Below are positions 1 to 8,409 of a stretch of 14,841 nucleotides of DNA, in pieces. The stretch lies in the NCBI GenBank assembly GCA_964014485.1, contig CAXHAT010000194.1:1-14841 (forward strand). Reading direction: 5' to 3'. The translations under genes and the position numbers were made by a program. Source of the stretch: an uncultured Deferribacteres bacterium. Its GTDB lineage: Bacteria > Zhuqueibacterota > Zhuqueibacteria > Zhuqueibacterales > Geothermadaptataceae. Numbering within the stretch: the stretch's first letter is position 1; each line of letters opens with the position of its first letter. Below the pieces are notes generated by a model that worked only from the letters and a program-made list of their open reading frames with translations, made no database searches and had not been told where the DNA came from.

Positions 1-55
1 CGGGTATCCAGACAACGGCGCCCCAAAGCTGGATACCCGCCTGCGCGGGTATGAC
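1..55. repeat. REP/dRS3-like inverted doublet, left unit cut by the window edge
   Basis: CGGGTATCCA (1-10) pairs with TGGATACCCG (30-39). The right unit TGGATACCCGCCTGCGCGGGTATGAC (30-55) matches the unit at 1514-1539 at 24/26 positions. Confidence 0.85.
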
Positions 56-84
56 GTAAAAAATCAGTGTTTTAAGAGAATTTT

Positions 85-1419
85 TTACTCGTTACCAAAA
101 TGCGCGAAAATCTCTTTTTCCAATCGCGTGCGAACTTCGTCGACCGCGATTTTTTCAAATACGTCGCTGGCGAAGGCGTAACGCAGGAGCGAGTTTGCGC
201 TTTCTTCGCCAATACCGCGCGAACGCAGATAAAACAGCGCGTCTTCTTCCAATTGCCCAACCGTCGCGCCGTGACTGCATTTCACGTCGTCCGCGAAAAT
301 TTCGAGCTGCGGCTTGGCGTTCATGGTCGCGTCATTCGTGAGCAGCAGACATTTATTGTCCTGGTAAGCGTTGGTTTTTTGCGCGTCTTTGCGCACCATC
401 ACCTTGCCGTTGAAAACGCCGCGCGCGCGATCATCTAAAATGCCTTTGTAAAGCTCGTTGCTTTCGCAATGCGGCATGGCGTGATCGATAAACGTATGAT
501 TATCCACAAGTTGCTTGCCCGTCGCCAGGAAAAAGCCGTACAAATTCGCCACACAATTTTCGTCGTTTAAAACGATGTTCAAATCATTGCGCGCGATGGC
601 CGCGCCAAGATCGACGTTGGAGGAAGTGAAGTGCGCGTCGCGCGCCAAGTGCGCTTCCGTCGTTGCGATATGAAACGCCGACTCGTGCTCTTTCTGCACT
701 TTAACGTGCTCAATATTCGCGTTCGCGCCGACGACATATTCCGTCACGGCGTTGCTCAGATAAACGCCGTCGCCTACAGCGTGGAAACTCTCGATGATGT
801 GCCCCTGGCTATTTTTTCCGGCAACGACCAACATTCTGGGATGCGTGATAAAAGCTTCCGCACCGGCGACCGCGACTTGCAAAATGTGCAACGGCTTCGA
901 GAGCTCGACATTATCCGGAATTTGAATAAAAGCGCCGTCCAAGGTAAAAGCTGTGTTCAGCGCGACAAACGGATGATTCTCGAATTTTGCCTGTTTGGCA
1001 ATAAATTTCTCTGCCGCCGCGTCGCCTTTTTCCAATGCTTCTCTCAGACTCGCAATTTGAATTTGCTCCGACGAAAAATCGAAGGTCGAAAGCTCTTGCG
1101 AAAAAACGCCGTTGACAAAAACGAGCGTGCGGTCTTCCAAACCTGCAAAGACAAAATCCTGCAAGTCTTCTTTTTTCAATGATTTGTGCTGCTGCACAAT
1201 CGCAAAATCCTGCTTCAAAATCGGCGCGAGATTGGTGTATTTCCATTCTTCGTCCCGCGTTGAAGGCACGCCGAGATCGGCAAAGCGCGCCAGCGCCTCG
1301 CGGCGGGTTTGATGAAACGGCGCTTCACTCTCGCCGTTCATGCTGCTTTCCACAAGCTGAAAATGCGACTTGCACCATTCGACAAATTCAGCGGAGTTTT
1401 TTAACGTTCTATTGGTCAT
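85..1419 (-). CDS. sufD: Fe-S cluster assembly protein SufD
   Basis: 444 aa. N-terminal EEWKYT motif, LYKGILDDRARGVFNGKV, C-terminal AKPQLEIFADDVKCSHGATVGQL and ALFYLRSRGI. Lies downstream of sufB and sufC. Confidence 0.96.
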   Translation of the reverse strand: MTNRTLKNSAEFVEWCKSHFQLVESSMNGESEAPFHQTRREALARFADLGVPSTRDEEWKYTNLAPILKQDFAIVQQHKSLKKEDLQDFVFAGLEDRTLVFVNGVFSQELSTFDFSSEQIQIASLREALEKGDAAAEKFIAKQAKFENHPFVALNTAFTLDGAFIQIPDNVELSKPLHILQVAVAGAEAFITHPRMLVVAGKNSQGHIIESFHAVGDGVYLSNAVTEYVVGANANIEHVKVQKEHESAFHIATTEAHLARDAHFTSSNVDLGAAIARNDLNIVLNDENCVANLYGFFLATGKQLVDNHTFIDHAMPHCESNELYKGILDDRARGVFNGKVMVRKDAQKTNAYQDNKCLLLTNDATMNAKPQLEIFADDVKCSHGATVGQLEEDALFYLRSRGIGEESANSLLRYAFASDVFEKIAVDEVRTRLEKEIFAHFGNE

Positions 1420-1468
1420 TTCAAAATCCGTTTATGCGCGTCTTGTTCACTATCAATTTTGTTTCAAC

Positions 1469-1539
1469 GTCATTCCCGCGCAGGCGGGAATCTATGGGCG
1501 GTGCTCAAAAAACTGGATTCCCGCCTGCGCGGGAATGAC
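1469..1539. repeat. REP/dRS3-like inverted doublet (BIME/REPIN-like)
   Basis: GTCATTCCCGCGCAGGCGGGAATCTA (1469-1494) and its near reverse complement TGGATTCCCGCCTGCGCGGGAATGAC (1514-1539). Each unit carries the internal palindrome ATTCCC-N8-GGGAAT. Confidence 0.9.
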
Positions 1540-1553
1540 AATGCGAATTTGAG

Positions 1554-2309
1554 CTATGCCGCGACCGTCTCGCCCTTCACCCAATCATACCCATGCTCCT
1601 CAAGCTTGAGCGCCAGTTCCTTGCCGCCGGATTCGACGATGCGGCCGTCGACGAGCACATGCACGAAATCCGGGACGATGTAGTTGAGCAGGCGCTGGTA
1701 GTGCGTGATCACGACGAAAGCGTTGTCTTCATTCCGCAGCGTGTTCACACCGTTAGCCACTATTTTCAGCGCGTCGATGTCCAGACCGGAGTCGGTCTCG
1801 TCCATGATGGCAAGCCTGGGTTCAAGAACCGCCATTTGAAAAATCTCGTTGCGCTTTTTCTCGCCGCCGGAAAAGCCTTCGTTGACCGAACGATTCAGAA
1901 ATTTTTCATCCATTTCCACCAGCTTCATCCGCTCGCGAACAAAAGTCAAAAACTCCATCGCGTCCATCTTTTCTTCGCCGCGCGATTCGCGAATCTCGTT
2001 GACGGCGGTCTTCAAAAAATGCGCGTTGGTCACGCCCGGAATTTCGACCGGGTATTGAAACGCCAGAAAAACGCCTGCGCGCGCACGATCTTCAGCCCCC
2101 ATTTCGAGCAAATCTTCATTTTCAAAATCAACCGCGCCGCCTTCAATTTCGTATTCTTCACGCCCCGCCAAAACATTTGCCAGCGTGCTTTTGCCGGAGC
2201 CGTTCGGCCCCATAATCGCATGAATTTCGCCGGGCTTGACTTCCAAATCAATCCCGCGCAGAATTTTGTTATTTTCTACCGATGCTTCCAGGTTTTGTAT
2301 TTTCAGCAT
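1554..2309 (-). CDS. sufC: Fe-S cluster assembly ABC ATPase SufC
   Basis: 251 aa. Walker A GPNGSGKST, FLAFQYPVEIPGV, signature FSGGEKKRNE, Walker B IMDETDSGLDIDAL, H-loop ITHYQRLL. Confidence 0.97.
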   Translation of the reverse strand: MLKIQNLEASVENNKILRGIDLEVKPGEIHAIMGPNGSGKSTLANVLAGREEYEIEGGAVDFENEDLLEMGAEDRARAGVFLAFQYPVEIPGVTNAHFLKTAVNEIRESRGEEKMDAMEFLTFVRERMKLVEMDEKFLNRSVNEGFSGGEKKRNEIFQMAVLEPRLAIMDETDSGLDIDALKIVANGVNTLRNEDNAFVVITHYQRLLNYIVPDFVHVLVDGRIVESGGKELALKLEEHGYDWVKGETVAA

Positions 2310-2366
2310 TTTCTCACTCTCAAAAAATCAATTTACTTAATGTCTTTTGTCTATTTGCCGCATTCC

Positions 2367-2456
2367 GGAGTGTTGGATTAATGGAATAGTGGATTGTTGG
2401 AAAACACTTTCCGCCTCACGATCCATCAATCCAAAAATCCATTATTCCACGACTCC
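2367..2456. repeat. Inverted arrays of degenerate 8-mer tandem repeats forming a long imperfect hairpin
   Basis: Left: GGAGTGTT GGATTAAT GGAATAGT GGATTGTT GGAA (2367-2402). Right: CACGATCC ATCAATCC AAAAATCC ATTATTCC ACGACTCC (2417-2456). GGA and TCC each recur with an 8-nt period. Confidence 0.8.
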
Positions 2457-2460
2457 AATC

Positions 2461-3960
<1,500 letters not shown>

Positions 3961-4011
3961 AAATGTGTCCTTCAATACAATCTCTCAGGTCTTGATTTTC
4001 AAAGCGGCGGC

Positions 4012-4040
4012 AATATAGTCGCAGTGTACAAAAAAGTCAA
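4012..4040 (-). promoter_or_regulatory. Predicted sigma70 promoter of the suf operon
   Basis: On the - strand: TTGACT (4040-4035), 17-nt spacer, TATATT (4017-4012), about 50 nt upstream of the sufB ATG. Confidence 0.7.
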
Positions 4041-4062
4041 GTTTTTGTTTGTACATAAAAGT
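4025..4062. promoter_or_regulatory. Putative operator overlapping the suf -35 box
   Basis: Direct repeat TGTACAAAAAAGT (4025-4037) / TGTACATAAAAGT (4050-4062), 12/13 identical and offset by 25 bp. Also an inverted repeat, 4025-4035 vs 4045-4055 (10/11). Confidence 0.5.
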
Positions 4063-4085
4063 ATAGATTGTCGATTGACGGCGTT

Positions 4086-4207
4086 AGGAGTGCAAAGCTT
4101 GCTTTGCCTTTCACTCAGCCCAAACGGGAAAAACAGCAAATCTACAGATTGAATTCTCACATTTTTAAAAGAATTTGAAGCTATCGCAAGGCAAGCCTTG
4201 CACTCCT
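4086..4207. repeat. GGAG-type REP doublet (REPIN-like), 22-bp arms with a 78-bp spacer
   Basis: AGGAGTGCAAAGCTTGCTTTGC (4086-4107) vs the reverse complement of 4186-4207, AGGAGTGCAAGGCTTGCCTTGC (20/22). Each arm is GGAG-T followed by a perfect 7-bp palindrome. Confidence 0.85.
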
Positions 4208-4290
4208 TTGGTTCACTCCGATTTTTGCCCCTTGCAAATCGTCACCGTTTTGACTTCATTCTTTCAGGCAAGAATAACTCCGGGGCAATT

Positions 4291-7182
4291 ATGCACAAAG
4301 TTTTTATCAGCTACAGTCACCAAGACGAAGCGTGGAAAGACCGCCTCGTTCCGCATCTCAAAACTCTAGAAAATCTGGAAATGCTCACGGTTTGGGATGA
4401 CCGGAAAATTGACGCCGGGGATCGTTGGTACCCGGAAATTGAAAATGCGCTGCATTCCGCCTCCGCCGCCGTGTGTTTAATTTCCGCCAATTTTCTCGCC
4501 TCGGACTTTTGCGTGAAGGAAGAAGTGCCCGCGCTGCTGGAGCGCGAAAAGAATGAAGGCATGCTGCTCATTCCGGTGCTATTGAAAAAATGCGTCTGGA
4601 AACGGGTACCTTGGCTCCAGGAAATTCAAATGCTGCCGCGCAACGGCCAAAACGTGGTTTCGCATTTTGGCAAGGACGAGTTGTGGGACGAAGTTTTCGC
4701 CGACGTGGCCGAGCACATTGCGCAAAAGTTTGATGACCCCGAATTCCGGCTCACGCCCCGGCCGCCGAAATGGGACGCGCCGGAAAAAATCGATCTCGAA
4801 AACCTGCCGGAAACCGGCCACGCGCTGTTTGGGCGGCAAAAAGAACTGGAGTTGCTGGACAAAGCCTGGGACGGCGGCGCGACCAACGTGCTCAGCTTTG
4901 TGGCCTGGGGCGGGGTGGGCAAATCCACTTTGGCGAACAAATGGCTGGCGCACATGGCGGAAGACAATTACCGCGGCGCCCGGCGCGTATTTGGCTGGTC
5001 TTTTTACAGCCAGGGCGTGAACGAGCGCGTGACCTCCGCCGACCGCTTTATCCATCAGGCGCTGGAATGGTTCGGGGATCCCGATCCGACGCAAGGCTCG
5101 GCCTGGGACAAGGGCGAACGCTTGGCGAAGCTGGTGCGCGAACAAAAAACGTTGCTGGTGCTCGACGGCATGGAGCCATTGCAGAGCGGCGATGATATTG
5201 AGCGCGGCAAAATAAAAGACCCGGCGCTGACTATGCTGCTCACCCGCCTGGCGCGCGACAACAACGGTCTGTGCGTGATCTCCACCCGCGAGCCGGTGGC
5301 GGATTTGGCGCGCTACTCGGAAACGACAACGCACATCGACCTCGAACAACTCTCGGCGGAAGCCGGGCGCGCCTTGTTGCGCACAAACGGCGTGCGCGGC
5401 AGTGACGCCGAACTGGAGCAGGCGGTGCGCGATTTTGGCCGCCACGCACTGGCGATTAACCTGCTCGGCGCCTACTTGCACGAACTGCCCAACCACCCGA
5501 TTGCCGAGGCGAAAAAGATTCCCGATCTCGACATTCCCGAAGAAAAAGGCCGCCACCCGCGCCGCGTGCTGGAAGCTTTTGCCGAACGCTTGGGCGCAAG
5601 CCCGGAACTCGAACTCCTGCACTTGCTCGGCCTGTTCGACCGCCCCGCCGATCTCGCCGCCCTCGATTGTTTAAAAGCCGAACCGCCGATTCCCGGTTTG
5701 ACCGATGCCCTGAGCGCGCAAAGCGAGGCCAAATTCCGGGACGCCTACGACAACTTGCGCCAACGCAAACTGCTCGCTCCGCACAGCCAGCACAACGCCG
5801 ACAAGCTCGACTGCCACCCGCTGGTGCGCGAGCATTTTGGCGAGCGTTTGCAGCAGCAATTCCCCGAAGCCTGGACGGAAGCGCACAGCCGCTTGTACGA
5901 CTACTACAAGAACCTGCCGGAAAAAGAACTGCCGGACACGCTGGAAGAGATGGAGCCGTTGTTTGCGGCGGTGACGCACGGCTGCTTGGCGGGAAAGCAT
6001 CAGGAAGCGCATGATGAAGTATATTTCCCACGTATTCGAAGGAAAAACGAATATTTCATTCTCCATCAACTCGGGGCATTCGGAGCGTTCTTATCAGCAA
6101 CATCGATTTTTTTTGAAAAGTTGTGGAGAATCCCGACGACTAAACTAGCGGCTACTGACCAAGCCGTTTTATTAAGCATAGCTGGATTTATCTTGCGGGC
6201 GCTGGGGCGTTTGCGTGAGGCGGTCGCGCCTATGCAGACAGGATTAGAAAACTTCGAGAGCCAATCAAATTGGTCAGAATACGCCCGTGAAGCTATCAAT
6301 CTCAGCGAGCTATTCCTGACCTTGGGCGAGGTGAGGCAAGCAACGGATTACGCCCACCAGAGCGTGGACTCCGCCGATCGTAGCGTGAATGAATTTTGGC
6401 AAATTAGTACTCGCACTACACTGGCCGATGCGCTGCACCAGTCCGGCGCGCTCGACGAGGCTGAAGAGCTGTTCCGCGAGGCCGAAGCCATTCAAAGGAA
6501 AAGCCAGCCGGAGTATCGTTTTCTCTATTCCCAGCGCGGCTTCCAGTTCTGCGATCTGCTGCTGAGCCAGGGACGGAGGCGGGAGGCATTGGAGAGGGCG
6601 GAGCAGACGGTGGAGTGGGCAACACAACGCCGAATCAGCTTACTTTGGATCGCTTTAGATTATCTTTCACTCGGTCGAGCGCATTTGCTGCAAGAGAAAA
6701 ATATCCCCCCTACCCTCCCTTCAAAGGGGGGAGTTTGGGGTTCGCCCCTTCGAAGAGGAAGTAGGAGGGATGTTTCACACGCTCTGGAAAATCAAACCCA
6801 ACACCTCGCCCAAGCCGAAAACCATCTTTACGAGGCGGTGGCGGGCCTGCGGGAATCGGGCAATCAAGACGAGTTGCCACGCGGCCTTCTTGCCCGTGCG
6901 GCGCTGTATCGTGTGCAGGGGCATTTCGCCAAGGCCTGGGAAGATCTCAACGAAGTGCAGGAAATCGCCGAGCGCGGGGAGATGCGGCTGCATTTAACGG
7001 ATTTTCATTTGGAGGCGTGCAGGCTGCGCCTGGCAGAGGATGGAGGAGGGAGATCGGAGGAGAAGATTCGGCAGGCGCGGGGGCATTTGGAACAGGCGGC
7101 GGCTTTGGTGGAGGAGACGAGCTATCATCGTCGGGACGGGGAAGTGGCGGAACTGCGGGAGCAGCTTGCAAATTTGGAATAA
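4291..7182 (+). CDS. TIR domain + STAND-class P-loop NTPase + TPR-like repeats (NLR-like protein, probable anti-phage/conflict sensor-effector)
   Basis: About 963 aa from ATG 4291. TIR box 1 KVFISYSHQD, then VWDDRKIDAGDRW and ISANFLASDFCVKEEVPALL (Glu at the position of the TIR NADase catalytic residue). LFGRQKELELL precedes Walker A AWGGVGKST. Walker B LLVLDGMEPLQ, sensor VISTR, GxP-like GRHALAINL, winged-helix end DCHPLVREHF, then helical repeats (LRALGRLREA, LHQSGALDEAEELFREA). Confidence 0.9.
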   Translation: MHKVFISYSHQDEAWKDRLVPHLKTLENLEMLTVWDDRKIDAGDRWYPEIENALHSASAAVCLISANFLASDFCVKEEVPALLEREKNEGMLLIPVLLKKCVWKRVPWLQEIQMLPRNGQNVVSHFGKDELWDEVFADVAEHIAQKFDDPEFRLTPRPPKWDAPEKIDLENLPETGHALFGRQKELELLDKAWDGGATNVLSFVAWGGVGKSTLANKWLAHMAEDNYRGARRVFGWSFYSQGVNERVTSADRFIHQALEWFGDPDPTQGSAWDKGERLAKLVREQKTLLVLDGMEPLQSGDDIERGKIKDPALTMLLTRLARDNNGLCVISTREPVADLARYSETTTHIDLEQLSAEAGRALLRTNGVRGSDAELEQAVRDFGRHALAINLLGAYLHELPNHPIAEAKKIPDLDIPEEKGRHPRRVLEAFAERLGASPELELLHLLGLFDRPADLAALDCLKAEPPIPGLTDALSAQSEAKFRDAYDNLRQRKLLAPHSQHNADKLDCHPLVREHFGERLQQQFPEAWTEAHSRLYDYYKNLPEKELPDTLEEMEPLFAAVTHGCLAGKHQEAHDEVYFPRIRRKNEYFILHQLGAFGAFLSATSIFFEKLWRIPTTKLAATDQAVLLSIAGFILRALGRLREAVAPMQTGLENFESQSNWSEYAREAINLSELFLTLGEVRQATDYAHQSVDSADRSVNEFWQISTRTTLADALHQSGALDEAEELFREAEAIQRKSQPEYRFLYSQRGFQFCDLLLSQGRRREALERAEQTVEWATQRRISLLWIALDYLSLGRAHLLQEKNIPPTLPSKGGVWGSPLRRGSRRDVSHALENQTQHLAQAENHLYEAVAGLRESGNQDELPRGLLARAALYRVQGHFAKAWEDLNEVQEIAERGEMRLHLTDFHLEACRLRLAEDGGGRSEEKIRQARGHLEQAAALVEETSYHRRDGEVAELREQLANLE
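6699..6775. repeat. Degenerate palindromic doublet (CCCCTTC-AAGGGG type) in frame inside the TIR-STAND-TPR gene
   Basis: Outer arms AAATATCCCCCCTAC (6699-6713) vs the reverse complement of 6761-6775, AAACATCCCTCCTAC (13/15). Inner palindromes CCCTT-CA-AAGGG (6717-6728) and CCCCTT-CG-AAGAGG (6745-6758). Confidence 0.75.
7034..7068 (+). repeat. Degenerate 7-mer tandem repeat in frame near the 3' end of the TIR-STAND-TPR gene
   Basis: CAGAGGA TGGAGGA GGGAGAT CGGAGGA GAAGATT, encoding the low-complexity EDGGGRSEEK between two helices. Confidence 0.45.
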
Positions 7183-7188
7183 TCAATC

Positions 7189-8370
7189 ATGATCAAGCTT
7201 TACTTTATGAAAAGCATCATACTTCTCGCCTTCCTGCTGTTAAGCCCGGTCTATGCTCAGCAAGCTCAAACCTCGCCGGACAGCGCACGGGTTCAATCAG
7301 ACCAAGCCGCGACGCTTGCCAGGGTCGATTCATTGTTGCAATCTCTCGCAACGCAAACGCCGTCTTCCGCCAAGGGAACGACTAGAGATATTTTAGATCA
7401 CACGGGTCGCTTGGTTAACCTGCTGGAAGTCATTCTGGCCTTTTTCGGCATTATCATCGCGGTATTGGGATTCCTGGGGTTTCTCGAAATCAAAAGAATC
7501 GCCGCTTTGCGCAAGGAACTGAAAATTTCGATTTCCCGGCTCAACAAGCAGCGCAAAACCTCGAAAATCCAGCTTGAAGCGTTGAAGCAAAAGACGATTC
7601 AGGATACGCGCCAGCTTGTTCAACTCCTCTACTATGTTTCCGAAGGCGACCGCGCGAGCGATGAACAAAGGCGAGAAGAAGCCATCCGCTGGTATGCACG
7701 CGCGATCCATCTCAAACAGGCCGGTCCCGAGGTTTTCGTCAAGCTGGGCTATCACTACACCGCAAACGGCAAGTACCACGACGCCATCGATATTTATCAC
7801 CGCGCCTTAAAGCTCGACGAAACCAACATCGACGTTTTGAACGGCCTGGCGCGCGCCTACCGCAAAGACGAACAGCTTGATCGGGCGACGGAATTTTATA
7901 CTAAAGCTTTGGAGATCGATCCTGATTTTGTCTGGTCGCTCAGCGGCATGACGCAGATTTATCTGGAGCAGGGCGATTATCAGGCGGCTTTCAATGCGTC
8001 AAAAAGAATTCTGCGTAAGGATAAATCTTTTTTTCAAGCCATGACTCTAGGGCTGGCATGCGAAGGTTTGGGGCAAAAAGAAAAGGCGCATAAACATTTT
8101 CAGGAAGCACTGGACAAGATCGAGGAGACGGACGGCGATAAGGACAAAACCAAATGGATTCAGCCATACAAACTGGTCTGTCTGTTAGGCGTTCACCAGT
8201 ATGATGAAGCGCGCGCTTTTGCTCAAAAAATCGTTTCCGAGGGTCTTGAAGGAAGCTATCGAAATTCTCTGGCTTTTCGTCTCCGGGTCCTGGCGGCAAT
8301 TCGAGATGAGCAGGAAATAAGAGAATTGCTCGATTATTTACTCAAAACCGAGCCGCACCGGTCGGATTAA
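7189..8370 (+). CDS. Membrane-anchored tetratricopeptide repeat protein (signal peptide, TM helix, coiled coil, TPRs)
   Basis: 393 aa (alternative ATG at 7207). Signal-like MKSIILLAFLLLSPVYA-Q, hydrophobic LLEVILAFFGIIIAVLGFLGFL followed by a basic coiled-coil-like stretch, and canonical TPRs (VFVKLGYHYTANGKYHDAIDIYHRALKLD; VLNGLARAYRKDEQLDRATEFYTKALEIDP). Starts 6 bp after the upstream stop. Confidence 0.88.
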   Translation: MIKLYFMKSIILLAFLLLSPVYAQQAQTSPDSARVQSDQAATLARVDSLLQSLATQTPSSAKGTTRDILDHTGRLVNLLEVILAFFGIIIAVLGFLGFLEIKRIAALRKELKISISRLNKQRKTSKIQLEALKQKTIQDTRQLVQLLYYVSEGDRASDEQRREEAIRWYARAIHLKQAGPEVFVKLGYHYTANGKYHDAIDIYHRALKLDETNIDVLNGLARAYRKDEQLDRATEFYTKALEIDPDFVWSLSGMTQIYLEQGDYQAAFNASKRILRKDKSFFQAMTLGLACEGLGQKEKAHKHFQEALDKIEETDGDKDKTKWIQPYKLVCLLGVHQYDEARAFAQKIVSEGLEGSYRNSLAFRLRVLAAIRDEQEIRELLDYLLKTEPHRSD

Positions 8371-8409
8371 AAACGATAGATCGAGCCGTTCCGCAGTTCA
8401 GAGTTGTGG

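Noticed and set aside
100..2381. + strand ORFs of 60-262 aa opposite sufD and sufC
   Set aside because: They overlap well-supported genes on the other strand, or are translations of REP DNA (VIPAQAGI, SRLRGND).
4232..4278. Possible + strand promoter for the TIR-STAND-TPR gene (TTGCAA or TTGACT -35)
   Set aside because: There is no convincing -10 hexamer at 16-18 nt spacing.
4198..4290. 31-aa N-terminal extension of the TIR-STAND-TPR ORF
   Set aside because: The TTG start lies inside a REP arm. The TIR domain begins directly after the ATG at 4291.
4579..5622. 347-aa - strand ORF and other short ORFs inside the NLR-like gene
   Set aside because: These are antisense or alternative-frame shadows in GC-rich coding DNA, with no motifs.
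6107..6114. T8 homopolymer in the sensor region as a possible phase-variation tract
   Set aside because: It is short, in frame, and explained by Ile-Phe-Phe codons. A/T runs of similar length occur elsewhere in the window.
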